A stretch of 64,000 nucleotides of DNA from a virus (IMGVR_UViG_3300023297_000003), one strand, 5' to 3'; shown: positions 9,633 to 19,118, numbered from the stretch's first letter. The notes: a model not told the origin generated them from the letters alone. A program made the numbers and translations.

Positions 9633-10043
9633 ATGTCTGTTTGGAAGCAACGTCTGACCGTAGAGAACCTGGAAGAGGTGGGGGAACGCCTGCGGGGCCT
9701 CCTGGAGGACAAAGAATACGTCTTCGTGGCCTCTCAAGAGGGCCGTCTCCCTGTCGTCCGTATAGGTTTACGGTTGGACCCCAGCCGCAGTTACCCGAAG
9801 GGTATGCCTGTTCAGACCCTTCGGGTAGGCTGCTACGGTTTCATCAAGGTAGCGGAAAACAACACTAAGGGTTGGACTCTGGGAACAGGCCCGGCCCACA
9901 GAGAGGACGACGAACCCTACGAGACCCCCGAGGTGACCTTTCACTCTGACCGAGTAGCAATCAGTTTCAGGACAGACTCAGGATTCGTGTCCCACTGGGT
10001 TCTTGTTGTAACCGGAGACATTCCGGTGGGTGAGAAAAAATGA
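9633..10043 (+). CDS. hypothetical protein, paralog of 32029..32421
   Basis: WKQRLTVENLEEVGERLRGLLEDK vs WSQRLTVDNIEEVGERLRGLLEDK. Confidence 0.75.
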   Translation: MSVWKQRLTVENLEEVGERLRGLLEDKEYVFVASQEGRLPVVRIGLRLDPSRSYPKGMPVQTLRVGCYGFIKVAENNTKGWTLGTGPAHREDDEPYETPEVTFHSDRVAISFRTDSGFVSHWVLVVTGDIPVGEKK

Positions 10044-10225
10044 AAAACCACCCCACAGGATCCCTTCATCGCACAGTGGATGGCCACCAGGGTGTCGTTT
10101 CCAAGGAACGGTGTCCTGGCTGCGGGTGCCTGTCCGTCTTGTACTACAAGCCTCGACGCAAGCTGGTGAAGGAATGCCTGAACTGCGGACCACTAGAACT
10201 GGTCCGGTTACTGATGACAGGATGA
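10040..10225 (+). CDS. small zinc-finger protein
   Basis: CPGCGC...CLNCG; ATGA overlap. Confidence 0.55.
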   Translation: MKNHPTGSLHRTVDGHQGVVSKERCPGCGCLSVLYYKPRRKLVKECLNCGPLELVRLLMTG

Positions 10226-10242
10226 TCAAGTAGGAGAGTCCC

Positions 10243-10434
10243 ATGACTGTAATGACCAAGAAGCTCGTGCGTGTGAACCCTAACCTCTGGGAGGTGCGTA
10301 TCGTATCCACCAAGCCCTACCACACCGAAACCATCTCCAACGGTGTCCTGTTCAGCACGGACGACATAACCAACGACAGGGATCTCGTCATCGCCGTCCT
10401 GGGTGCCCCGATCAGCAACCCGATGACCCCATGA
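10243..10434 (+). CDS. hypothetical protein
   Basis: 63-aa ORF with AGGAG RBS. Confidence 0.55.
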   Translation: MTVMTKKLVRVNPNLWEVRIVSTKPYHTETISNGVLFSTDDITNDRDLVIAVLGAPISNPMTP

Positions 10435-10484
10435 TCAGGTGGCTCAAAGCCAGCGAGATTATTTTTCAGAGGACACCGCAAGGG

Positions 10485-10651
10485 TACTTGACAGCACCCG
10501 ATTTACTTACTAAAGTCTAACTATTCCTGCTTGAAACAGGAAGCTGTTACGGTAGGAAGGCTCATGCTGATTGGGTAGGAAGCTCTGGTGTGCTCAGACG
10601 TTCTGGGGACGAACACATTAAAGCTAACGATCATCCGAGAGGCGTAAAACG
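10485..10651 (+). mobile_element. truncated IS607-family MITE (family 1), right end lost
   Basis: left end GG|TACTTGACAGCACCCGATTT matches 45523; same internal deletion junction as the MITE at 33833..34181; similarity ends at GGCGTAAAACG. Confidence 0.85.
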
Positions 10652-10938
10652 TGAGCGTGAACGGGGTACCCTAGTTGCCTGATGTAGTGGTAGGCCGACA
10701 ACCCCGCCAGCAAGCCACCTCCGTAGGAGTCGAGATAGAGGTGGACGGGGGGAGGGTCCACCTCGGGGTAGGCGCTGAACGTTGTGCGAAGGGACTGTGC
10801 CGCCTCCTCAACCTGGCGACACAGGTCAGCAACTGACTCGTGGCTCACGTCCTTGAAGAAGTAGACCCTGTTCCCCGCTGGGGGAGTACTTAGGCCACCC
10901 ATCGGCATAAGTTTCCTGTTTGCCCTCTCCCGAGCCAC
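10624..10938 (-). pseudogene. clpP: ClpP-like protease, 5' half only
   Basis: VHLYLDSYGGGLLAGLSAYHYIRQLGYPVHAHV matches the ClpP YINSPGG region; truncated at 10651 by the MITE before the catalytic Ser. Confidence 0.7.
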
Positions 10939-10968
10939 CCATCTGCAACCGTCGCATCACATCACTCA

Positions 10969-11421
10969 TCACCGTGATCCCCCCATTCCCAGGTCTGTCG
11001 TTTTAAAGAATGCGACCGCCTCTCCCAGATCTACGCAGATCAAGTCGGCCAGCTTGAACATCAACTCAGGCTCTACATGCTCGGGCACGAGGACGGCAGT
11101 CGGCTTCCCCTGCCCGCAGAACCACCCTGCCTCCCAACTGGCGGACCGCCCAGCAGGGAGCACAAACAAGCAGACATCGCAGTCCTTCATGGCGGCGAAG
11201 TCGCACCGGAAGCCCTGCTCCGCTATCGGGTGGGCCAGTGCCCCAACGTAAGTTGCCGGATCCCATTCCTGCCAGTCTGGATCGATCTCCGACCAGTGGA
11301 ACCCCTCATCCCCAGGGGCTGGATGTCGGAAGTCGTAGACGTCGAAACCTTCCGCCCTGAGTTGCCGCACGACTTCTTGTTGGTACTTGTTTCGCCAGGA
11401 ACTCGCTACATAGACCCTCAT
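10969..11421 (-). CDS. nucleoside 2-deoxyribosyltransferase-like protein
   Basis: VYVASSW, FRCDFAAMKDCDVCLFVLPAGRSASWEAGW (NDT/MilB-type E-x-G motif). Confidence 0.75.
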   Translation of the reverse strand: MRVYVASSWRNKYQQEVVRQLRAEGFDVYDFRHPAPGDEGFHWSEIDPDWQEWDPATYVGALAHPIAEQGFRCDFAAMKDCDVCLFVLPAGRSASWEAGWFCGQGKPTAVLVPEHVEPELMFKLADLICVDLGEAVAFFKTTDLGMGGSR

Positions 11422-11502
11422 CCTGTCCCCTCCCCGGCTGTACACGATGACCTCCGCCATCGTGTACAGCCGGTCCATCTCAGTTCTCTGGGTCAGCGCT
11501 GT

Positions 11503-11769
11503 TCACCAGAGGTCATTGGTCACGTCGAATTTTCTGACTGGGAACGACCAACCAGAAGGAGACTCGTTCCAGCCCACGGCGATGCCGTTGACGAGGACGC
11601 ACCAGGACGACACGTACTTGTGGCGGCCCGGCCATTTGGTTTGGCTGATGACTTTGGCATCTCGCCAGTTGTCCCATAAGACAGGCTCGTCACTGTATTT
11701 GAAAGCCAGGGAGTCGTCGTATTGTCCCAGTATGAGTTCAGGGAAGAAGTCGCTTAGTAGGTCAGTCAT
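11503..11769 (-). CDS. hypothetical protein
   Basis: 88-aa ORF, ATGA overlap with the upstream gene. Confidence 0.6.
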   Translation of the reverse strand: MTDLLSDFFPELILGQYDDSLAFKYSDEPVLWDNWRDAKVISQTKWPGRHKYVSSWCVLVNGIAVGWNESPSGWSFPVRKFDVTNDLW

Positions 11770-12095
11770 TTCCGTGCCTCGACATCGGTGTCGGTAAGTT
11801 GCTGGAGAGTCGCTATAAAGGCGTCGGCAGCGGCCAACGCCGACTTCCGTTCTTGAGTAGTCAGACCGCCCTTGGTGCCGTTACCGCTTGCACGAAAAAG
11901 ATCTGTCTGTTCCTTCGGCATCGGCGGCGTTTCGAACTTCGCTGCTGCTTGCCCAGCCAGCCTCCAAACTTGTTCTGTTGGCATTGTCCACGAGCCATCG
12001 GCATTGAACGTCCCGCAATTGGCGAACATAAACCCCATCCAGTCAGCCCAGTTGTTGTGGATTACCTTCGCCACATCATCTCTGTTCATCCTCAT
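11766..12095 (-). CDS. hypothetical protein
   Basis: 109-aa ORF with GAGGAG RBS. Confidence 0.6.
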   Translation of the reverse strand: MRMNRDDVAKVIHNNWADWMGFMFANCGTFNADGSWTMPTEQVWRLAGQAAAKFETPPMPKEQTDLFRASGNGTKGGLTTQERKSALAAADAFIATLQQLTDTDVEARK

Positions 12096-12204
12096 TCTCC
12101 TCGTTCCTTATCGTCGGACAGCGCCCCCGATGTGCGCTACGAATCCGCCGGTCTGCCGCATTGTCAGTGATAAGAATGCTCCTGGAACAGTTCAAACGAG
12201 GCTT

Positions 12205-12387
12205 TCACTGACCTTCCGGCCAGGTGAAAGCCTCAGCCTTGTCCCGGAGTACGAGCATTGCATCCTTGAACCGGATCCGAAAACCCTCCCACCCGCTAAG
12301 GCGCAAAGGTCTTGCAGGAACCCATTTGCCGTTGATCTCAGCCTGGACTTTATTCCAGCTCTGTAAGCTCTTCAATGACCACGCCAT
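12205..12387 (-). CDS. hypothetical protein
   Basis: 60-aa ORF with GGAGGAG RBS. Confidence 0.6.
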   Translation of the reverse strand: MAWSLKSLQSWNKVQAEINGKWVPARPLRLSGWEGFRIRFKDAMLVLRDKAEAFTWPEGQ

Positions 12388-12396
12388 GATCTCCTC

Positions 12397-12855
12397 CTAC
12401 TCGCCACACAAAGGATAGGGGAAGCATCCTGATAGGGCACAGCCCATCGACGGGGGCCGTACCTTTGGAAACAGTCCCGTCATCAATTCAGCGAAACTGT
12501 TCGGTTCGATCTCAGGGATTTCCAGCGTCTCCACACCCTTGGGTTCCGACGTCAGGTACGAGAGCACCGCCACCGTGATCGGGGTTGTATCCCAGATGCA
12601 GAAGACCGTCTGGTTGACATCCACGTCCTCGGCCCGAGAAGCAGCGTCAAGGGCCACGACAGCCCGTTCCAACTCCTGCTTGACCCGGTACGCCTTCTCA
12701 GGCCAAGAGTCCCACTCGGTGCCGACAGGGACACGAGGAGCAGTGATCCGCTTCCGGGTTATCGTCTCCACCCTCACACCATCCCACAACAGGCTGGGAG
12801 TCCCCTGATCCACGTTTACGATGGGAGCCCCCAAAAAAGACACGTCAAAATGCAT
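12397..12855 (-). CDS. hypothetical protein
   Basis: MHFDVSFLG start behind GGAGGGG RBS and a class B promoter. Confidence 0.55.
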   Translation of the reverse strand: MHFDVSFLGAPIVNVDQGTPSLLWDGVRVETITRKRITAPRVPVGTEWDSWPEKAYRVKQELERAVVALDAASRAEDVDVNQTVFCIWDTTPITVAVLSYLTSEPKGVETLEIPEIEPNSFAELMTGLFPKVRPPSMGCALSGCFPYPLCGE

Positions 12856-12879
12856 CACAATCCCCCTCCACACGGAGGT

Positions 12880-12890
12880 CTACTCCAACG
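12880..12890 (-). promoter_or_regulatory. class B promoter CGTTGGAGTAG
   Basis: exact 11-mer, 24 nt upstream of ATG 12855. Confidence 0.55.
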
Positions 12891-12895
12891 AGGAC

Positions 12896-13360
12896 TCAAC
12901 GGCTCCGATTAAACAATGCCCTAGACATCCGCTTCCCCACAGCACCTTTCCATTCCGTGGGGATCCGTTCTATCGAACCCAGCTTGAACTCGGTCTCCCC
13001 AATAGGCTCCTTGACCGAACGAGCAAAGGCCCCGACGTCAAGACCCCAGACATTCGGCTTCACAAGCTGAGGGAGCGTCATGACGACCACAATGATCTGA
13101 TTGATCTTGGGTTTCGTCCCGTTGTGAGTCGAAACGTATGTTACATTTTCCACACCACGCTGGATCTGTCCCTTGAAATACCTAGCAGCTTGCCGGGGAT
13201 TTGTTGTTCGGACCTCCAGCATTCGTCTTGGGAGACGGATCCCCCTCCTATCATACGGGTGTGGACTGACGGAACCCCAGTCCCAAAGGAAAACAGTCGT
13301 TCCTTTCGGAACAGCACAAAAGGGCGTTCCGTTAAGCTGGAAGTCGATCAGATAACGCAT
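12896..13360 (-). CDS. hypothetical protein
   Basis: 154-aa ORF. Confidence 0.55.
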   Translation of the reverse strand: MRYLIDFQLNGTPFCAVPKGTTVFLWDWGSVSPHPYDRRGIRLPRRMLEVRTTNPRQAARYFKGQIQRGVENVTYVSTHNGTKPKINQIIVVVMTLPQLVKPNVWGLDVGAFARSVKEPIGETEFKLGSIERIPTEWKGAVGKRMSRALFNRSR

Positions 13361-13422
13361 CCCCTAGAGCCTCCACACAGTTGTCTACCTGGTTGAAAGT
13401 TTATCTGGTCGTAGAAATAAAG

Positions 13423-13719
13423 CTAGGGCAAAATGACTGTCTCACCAGAACCCATCGGTTGGGTGACTTCAACAGAGAGTTGCCGCCGTTCTTCCTTCAA
13501 GGCATCGGCCAGTTCCGGGAACAGCCGAAGCATGATGGTCGCAGCGACGACGTTGCAGTCCACCATCTCCACCTTCTTGACCCCGAAGACTTCGGTGCTG
13601 TCATAGATGGCACATGCGATGTTGGCTATGTATCCGTGGAAGAAACCCCCCGGCTGAAAACCGTCCTTCCTGAAAGCCCCTATGAGGATACGTCGTGCGA
13701 AAGGAACTAAATTAAACAT
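13423..13719 (-). CDS. hypothetical protein
   Basis: 98-aa ORF with GGAGGTG RBS. Confidence 0.55.
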   Translation of the reverse strand: MFNLVPFARRILIGAFRKDGFQPGGFFHGYIANIACAIYDSTEVFGVKKVEMVDCNVVAATIMLRLFPELADALKEERRQLSVEVTQPMGSGETVILP

Positions 13720-13883
13720 CGGACACCTCCGTTTTGATATACTCTACCCGTCAGGCGGGCGGTAATCTCTCTATCAGAAACATCCCCTGAGACTCAAGGG
13801 GGATCAGCATGAGCAACCGAAAAAGACTCACACACCAGGGATCTAGCCTGGCAGAACAGTATCCTCAAAGTAGAGGTAGTACG

Positions 13884-14278
13884 ATGAAGCTATTGTCAGC
13901 AGCCGAGTGCGGAAGGACCAGGCATCAGGCAATGTTCAGTGCCAATGGGAGTACAAACGAGGGGTCATCCATTTCCAAAGTCTGCTCCCCTCTTACTCGA
14001 ACACTACCGCTCTGGTCGGCAAACTGGGTGATGAACTCAACCACTTGATGGAACAGTTCGCTAGAAGGCTGGGTTCCAGTGTTGACCCTGTTACAAGGGG
14101 CACCATCAAGACAGAGGGGAGCGCCGAGATTAAGCCAAATGGAAAGAGTCTCATCATCTATGGCATAGTCAGTTACAGGGGTGCCCCTGATGTGAACTCT
14201 GAAGCCGTTAACGACGCAGTGAAGGAAACAGCCAAGCACCTTAGGTTACGTATCAAGCCCGTGGTCTGGTCGGTTTAG
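13884..14278 (+). pseudogene. MKLL-leader family protein with an apparent 1-nt frameshift near 13906
   Basis: RBS GAGGT + MKLLSAAE in one frame, continuing as VRKDQASGNV... (13907..14278) in another; compare MKLMSTKEVRLKTAS at 20777. Confidence 0.55.
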
Positions 14279-14306
14279 TGGGGTACCCTCACTTCTAAAC
14301 TCACCC

Positions 14307-14317
14307 CGTTGGAGTAG
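14307..14317 (+). promoter_or_regulatory. class B promoter CGTTGGAGTAG
   Basis: exact 11-mer, 25 nt upstream of ATG 14343. Confidence 0.55.
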
Positions 14318-14342
14318 ACACATCCAACGGAGGACCCAAACC

Positions 14343-14561
14343 ATGACACAGAACTGCGCCAAAAAGATCCAACACTGGAAACCCTTCTGTTATCCCTGCC
14401 ACACCTGTGGAGCCAAAGCCGTGACTGTCCTGACCGACATGCCTGAAGGAATGTTTGGAGATCAGGATCTCGCCAAGTGTTCCGCCTGCGGCAAGCAAGG
14501 GACTGTTCAGGTGGCCGACCCCGAGTCGGTCTACATCACCTGGGACGGCGAAGAGGAATAG
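14343..14561 (+). CDS. zinc-ribbon protein
   Basis: CHTCG...CSACG; GGAGG RBS. Confidence 0.65.
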   Translation: MTQNCAKKIQHWKPFCYPCHTCGAKAVTVLTDMPEGMFGDQDLAKCSACGKQGTVQVADPESVYITWDGEEE

Positions 14562-14581
14562 ACCCACAAGGAAGGTCCGTC

Positions 14582-14833
14582 ATGCCCGAACCGATGCCGT
14601 TTAAAACTGCCCAGGATGCTTTCAGCTTCATGAAGGTCCTCCACAGGTGCGCTCAAGACCGGGGACTGCTGACAGAGTACGACCGGCTCCACGGGACAAA
14701 CCTCCTGCTCCAAGGAGCACCCCTCGATCTCATGGTAGACAAAGCCACCGGACGCCCCACAGGGGAATTCCGACATTTTGCGGACTTCGTCCGTGAAACC
14801 TTCTGGAGACCCCTCGAAGATCATCACCTCTAG
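14582..14833 (+). CDS. hypothetical protein
   Basis: MPEPMPFKT..., 83 aa. Confidence 0.55.
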   Translation: MPEPMPFKTAQDAFSFMKVLHRCAQDRGLLTEYDRLHGTNLLLQGAPLDLMVDKATGRPTGEFRHFADFVRETFWRPLEDHHL

Positions 14834-14844
14834 ATTCGGAGTAG
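14819..14844 (+). promoter_or_regulatory. class A promoter GATCATC-N13-GAGTAG
   Basis: exact match upstream of 14901. Confidence 0.7.
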
Positions 14845-14900
14845 CGTTTGTGCAACAAGGGCACCAACGAAAGTGGTTGCCCAAAAGGTAGGTTCGCCAA

Positions 14901-15281
14901 ATGCAACGTTTCCTGACCCAAGTCCTTCTCGTCACGCTCATCATGGGCTGGTTCTTCCATGTGAACCGCCCGGCACAGAGAGCGTACATGCCACTCTCGT
15001 CACCCTACTACATGGGCTTCGCTTTCGGTTACGCTGACAACTGGCACGACGGCTGGAGCGTCAAGTACGAACTGGTGGCCAGCCGAAAGGAGGTTTCAGC
15101 CTGGGTCGACCTCCGCATCCGCAAAACCTACACAATGGTCGGCTGGAATACCACAGCCGCAGTCTTCCATTGGCACGTCCTGAACGACTCCGGTGTGATC
15201 GACTACTGGTTTGATGAGGACGGAGTAGAGCACTGGAGACAAGGCGGCTTCACCCTGTGGTCAACAGCCCCCACCAACTAA
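14901..15281 (+). CDS. secreted/membrane-anchored hypothetical protein
   Basis: N-terminal hydrophobic segment, 126 aa. Confidence 0.55.
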   Translation: MQRFLTQVLLVTLIMGWFFHVNRPAQRAYMPLSSPYYMGFAFGYADNWHDGWSVKYELVASRKEVSAWVDLRIRKTYTMVGWNTTAAVFHWHVLNDSGVIDYWFDEDGVEHWRQGGFTLWSTAPTN

Positions 15282-15392
15282 GACGGGATCGAACACAGAT
15301 AAAGGGGTATTTGAACAGCAGCCAAAAACCCACCTGAACCTCAGTTTTTCTCGGTGATTCCTTTATAGCTTCCACATTGGTATAGTGGGGGC

Positions 15393-15593
15393 ATGAAACG
15401 AACCATTATCATCCGAGTGACCGCAACCGAGTTTAAAACGTCTGATGGACGGGTGATCCCACATTTCATTCCGTTCGATCCCGATGAGGTGCCTACCGTC
15501 GAAGAGTTCCAACGGCAGTACAATAGGTGGCACAAGATCTTTGAAGATCAAGGTTTGATGCTTCCTGCTTCTGGAGACGAAAATGCCGACTAA
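15393..15593 (+). CDS. 66-aa cargo ORF inside the IS607 element
   Basis: ATG 6 nt after extended -10 TGGTATAGT (leaderless geometry); overlaps the tnpA start. Confidence 0.6.
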   Translation: MKRTIIIRVTATEFKTSDGRVIPHFIPFDPDEVPTVEEFQRQYNRWHKIFEDQGLMLPASGDENAD

Positions 15594-16212
15594 CTGTCTC
15601 CTAGCCCTTACTAAGGCAGCAGAAGCCCTTGGTGTTCATAGGAACACGCTTCGGGATTGGGCAGATGAAGGCAAGTTCCCCCACGTTCGCACCGTGGGTG
15701 GGCACCGCCGATTCAAGCAATCAGATATTGACACCTTGCGAGGGGATCTTCCTGTCGACTCCAGTACGGAACGAGTTGCCATCTACTGCCGAGTCAGCAG
15801 TCACGACCAGAAGAAGTCGGGCGATCTTGAGCGTCAAGTCGGGCGAGTTACGACACACAGCGTCACGAAACAGTACAAGCTAGTTGAGGTGCTTCAAGAC
15901 GTGGGTTCAGGTATGTCCGACACCCGACCCAAACTCCAAAAGTTGTTCAAACTGGTCAACACCCATGAGATCGATCGGGTGGTTGTCGAACACAAAGACC
16001 GTCTGAGTCGTTTCGGGTTCAACCTGATCGAAGCTTACTTCAGCAGCCATGATGTTACCATCGAGTGGGTACAAGAAATGTTGGGCAAGTCCTACGAGGA
16101 GGAGTTGGTCGAGGACATTTTGACGCTCATGTCATCATTTTCAGCAAAAATTTACGGGAAGCGTTCGGCTGACCGACGTAGAGCGAAAAAAGAAGCGGAG
16201 GTGGTAGGATGA
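15583..16212 (+). CDS. tnpA: IS607 transposase (MerR-HTH + serine recombinase)
   Basis: KAAEALGVHRNTLRDW HTH; AIYCRVSS, DVGSG, VVEHKDRLSRFG. Confidence 0.95.
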   Translation: MPTNCLLALTKAAEALGVHRNTLRDWADEGKFPHVRTVGGHRRFKQSDIDTLRGDLPVDSSTERVAIYCRVSSHDQKKSGDLERQVGRVTTHSVTKQYKLVEVLQDVGSGMSDTRPKLQKLFKLVNTHEIDRVVVEHKDRLSRFGFNLIEAYFSSHDVTIEWVQEMLGKSYEEELVEDILTLMSSFSAKIYGKRSADRRRAKKEAEVVG

Positions 16213-17624
16213 AGTGTCGTATCTTTCGACTTCATAAGGATACCAACCGTTCCAAGGTTGAAAAACTGGAGGCACTCCATCAGGAATACGTCAGCTACGT
16301 CCGCATTTGCGTGCAGACGATGCTCGACAACCGGATCTACAACCTTCCGAAATCAGCAAAGCAAACGTTCTTCTCACGGGCTGCGAACCTTACCAGCCAA
16401 ATTGAAAAGAACGCTAGAGACCATGCCGTTCAAATTGTAGATACCTGGGCAAAGGGTGTCTATGCCCGTAAGCTGAAGCCCACCATTACCAATTTCAGAC
16501 ACGACGGTACGATCACAAACGAGGATGTCAAAGCTCTCTGTACCATCGGGTTGAAGCAGATCAGCAAACCTTGGAAGTTCATCACCCAAGACCACTTGGA
16601 TGCCTATCACACTCTGTTGGATACTTACGGAGGTAACCCACCAGTCGTAAGAGATAAAATTCCGATAAGACTGTCCGAAATGACAGCCCGGCTTGAAAAC
16701 CCAAGCAAGGCAGTCACAGCAGACTTTTGGTTGCGGGTTTCTTCGTTAGAAGCTCGCAAATCAGTTTGGTTACCTCTCGTTGGAAATCCTTACGTCCAAC
16801 AAGCTGACCAAGTCAACAAGGGGCTATCAGCCCGTAAAACCAGGAGGGGTTTCTGGAGATTTGAAGCCGTCAGTAAAGATGAATGGGTTGTTCCTGAGGC
16901 ACAAGAAGGTTGGTCGAAGTTGGGTGTTGACGTGGGTTTGAACGTTCTAGCAGCTACTTCCGATGGGGTTCTTTACGGTGGATTTGTCAAACCTAAGTTC
17001 GACAAATTGTACGCTCGGATCAAGACATTACGGGCGAATCGACAACGACAAGGTCTTAAGGAAAACAGTCCTCGGCTTGATCGATTAGAGTCCCGTCTAA
17101 CAGGGCTCGTGAAGACTGAGACTGGTCGTGTCGTAAACACCTTTGTAAGGAAACATCCTGAAACTATATTCGTAGTAGAGGATCTCGATCTGTCTGGTTG
17201 TAGGGGTCAGAAGCGTTTTGCTTATCGTGCGTTACAGACCAATCTGGAGAGGAAAGCTTCTATCGAAAAGGTGAACCCTGCATATACGAGTCAAGAGTGT
17301 CCTTCTTGTGATTACGTTCATCGTGGTAATAGGAGATCAATTAGTTTCCAATGCCGCTGTTGTGGCAGGGAGGCTCACGCTGATTGGGTAGGAAGTTCTG
17401 GTGTGCTCAGACGTTCTGGGGACGAACACATTAGGACTGGTGATCACCCTCGTAGCGTAAAACGAGTGCTAAGAGAGCGATTCCGTCTTCGACGGACCAG
17501 TTCCTTGGGATTCGGGAGGTTAGAGCAACCTTCGTCCTCGCCCTTACCGTTGGGCAGGAGGCTTACTACCGTTGAATTAGGTTTACCTGACGGCGGCACA
17601 GCTTCAAACTTGATGCTCACCTAG
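16209..17624 (+). CDS. tnpB: TnpB RNA-guided endonuclease
   Basis: RuvC-I GVDVG, RuvC-II VVEDL, Zn finger CPSC/CRCC, RuvC-III HAD; all catalytic residues present. Confidence 0.92.
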   Translation: MKCRIFRLHKDTNRSKVEKLEALHQEYVSYVRICVQTMLDNRIYNLPKSAKQTFFSRAANLTSQIEKNARDHAVQIVDTWAKGVYARKLKPTITNFRHDGTITNEDVKALCTIGLKQISKPWKFITQDHLDAYHTLLDTYGGNPPVVRDKIPIRLSEMTARLENPSKAVTADFWLRVSSLEARKSVWLPLVGNPYVQQADQVNKGLSARKTRRGFWRFEAVSKDEWVVPEAQEGWSKLGVDVGLNVLAATSDGVLYGGFVKPKFDKLYARIKTLRANRQRQGLKENSPRLDRLESRLTGLVKTETGRVVNTFVRKHPETIFVVEDLDLSGCRGQKRFAYRALQTNLERKASIEKVNPAYTSQECPSCDYVHRGNRRSISFQCRCCGREAHADWVGSSGVLRRSGDEHIRTGDHPRSVKRVLRERFRLRRTSSLGFGRLEQPSSSPLPLGRRLTTVELGLPDGGTASNLMLT

Positions 17625-17648
17625 ATTTAGGTAGGTTTTAAGGAACGG
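17360..17648 (+). ncRNA. putative omegaRNA (family 1) overlapping the tnpB 3' end
   Basis: segment retained in the protein-free MITE at 33833..34181; conserved CCTTACCGTTGGGC..GGAGG.TTACTACCG and GGCACAGC.TCAAACTTGATGC. Confidence 0.6.
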
Positions 17649-17681
17649 TAAAGTCATCCCGTTGACGACCCCGGAGAAACC

Positions 17682-17924
17682 ATGACACGACTACTCACGA
17701 TCATCCTACTCCTATTGGCTGCCCCCACAATGGCACAGGAGATTCCAACCACAGCCACCACATCCTGGGGGACACAGGTCGAGTTCCAAACTACCGAGGA
17801 AGGAACAAGGGCACGAATCGCACCCACCAGCCCCTGGCAACCCTGCTACCTGGTACCAGCGGTCGGAGGTGGACACGTGCTCGCCTGCATCGGAGTAGGT
17901 AGCTTCACGGTGGGTGAACAATGA
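17682..17924 (+). CDS. small secreted protein
   Basis: signal peptide MTRLLTIILLLLAAPTMA. Confidence 0.6.
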   Translation: MTRLLTIILLLLAAPTMAQEIPTTATTSWGTQVEFQTTEEGTRARIAPTSPWQPCYLVPAVGGGHVLACIGVGSFTVGEQ

Positions 17925-18244
17925 TCGCCACAATCAATGCTCTGGGCTGGCTCCTGGGAACCCTCGTTGGATGGGGTCTTGTCTTTCTCGTTCTGGGGGC
18001 CGTTTGGGCAGCCTCCAGGACACAATGGAAACGACCAGCCCCCGTAAAAAGATGGGAGGACCAAGTAGACCTGACCCTGAATCAAAGGACATGCTGGAGA
18101 TGTGGGGCCGAGAGGGTCTCCGTGAACAAGGAGGACAATCCTGTCCTCACATACGACTGCGGAACCAAGGTCTACATCGACATGGACATCGAACGGATCG
18201 TCAACATACTGGGGAAGGACTGCCACCGGAAGGACACACCATGA
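17921..18244 (+). CDS. membrane protein with Zn-ribbon
   Basis: N-terminal TM, CWRCG...C; ATGA overlap. Confidence 0.6.
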   Translation: MIATINALGWLLGTLVGWGLVFLVLGAVWAASRTQWKRPAPVKRWEDQVDLTLNQRTCWRCGAERVSVNKEDNPVLTYDCGTKVYIDMDIERIVNILGKDCHRKDTP

Positions 18245-18383
18245 TCGCCACAGCGGTAAATGCGGATCTCATCGTAGAATGGACCTACATAATAAGCGGC
18301 GGGCTGGGTGTCTTCGGCCTAGTTGCCCTCTATCTGGGGCTGAAACAGTGCAAACCTGAAGACAAATCAACACAGGACACACC

Positions 18384-18839
18384 ATGATCGACCGCTTCTG
18401 GATCCTAATGGACGAATACGGCAACCCCATCTACACCCACAAAGACCGGAAACGGGTCGAGATCATCGGCAACCTCAAAGCCACAGCCTACGTCCCGGAA
18501 GACACCAAGGATAGGACACAGGAAGTGGTGGATACCCACCACCTTGCACTCTCCATGGCCTGCATCCTACTCCAACGAGCAGTGACAGGGGACGACAAAC
18601 CCAACCGAGCCGAGGTCGACGCCGCAAGACGCACGCTGCTCCGTAAAGCAAAGGAACTCTACGACCGGACAAAGACGGACGGTGGACTGGACGACCTCTA
18701 CATGGCGGACTGGAACGTCGGCGGCTGGACCCCACCACTACCGAAGAGCCCCTACACGGACGGAGACCCCTACGAGTTCCATGGAGTGGACGACTGGGCC
18801 GGATGCCCCAAAGGGCCTTGCAAGGACCAACCCGACTGA
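18384..18839 (+). CDS. hypothetical protein
   Basis: 151-aa ORF, ATGA overlap. Confidence 0.6.
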   Translation: MIDRFWILMDEYGNPIYTHKDRKRVEIIGNLKATAYVPEDTKDRTQEVVDTHHLALSMACILLQRAVTGDDKPNRAEVDAARRTLLRKAKELYDRTKTDGGLDDLYMADWNVGGWTPPLPKSPYTDGDPYEFHGVDDWAGCPKGPCKDQPD

Positions 18840-19118
18840 TTTACACTGTAAACACAGGGGGACACAATGGAAGTCCGCATCAGCCTCATCCAGCACGACG
18901 GAAACGACCCCACACCAGATACAGTTCCTCCAGGATCCCCCACAATAAAGGAGAACCGTCAGCATCCTTCAAGTCAGGTGCAGCAAAGACGTCGTGAGAG
19001 AACTCAGACAAGTCACCCCAATCCCGACAGACCTCCATCTCAAGGTCCAGCCTGTCAATGGCGATCCGAGTGTAACCAGCATCCCCACACACACGGAGGA
19101 AGATCTTGGTGACGTCAT

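Larger units (their letters stand above)
15308..17648 (+). mobile_element. IS607-family element (family 1, autonomous) with an extra 66-aa ORF
   Basis: left end GG|TATTTGAACAGCAGCC resembles GG|TACTTGACAGCACC; right end GGTTTTAAGGAACGG; contains serine-recombinase tnpA and tnpB. Confidence 0.9.
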
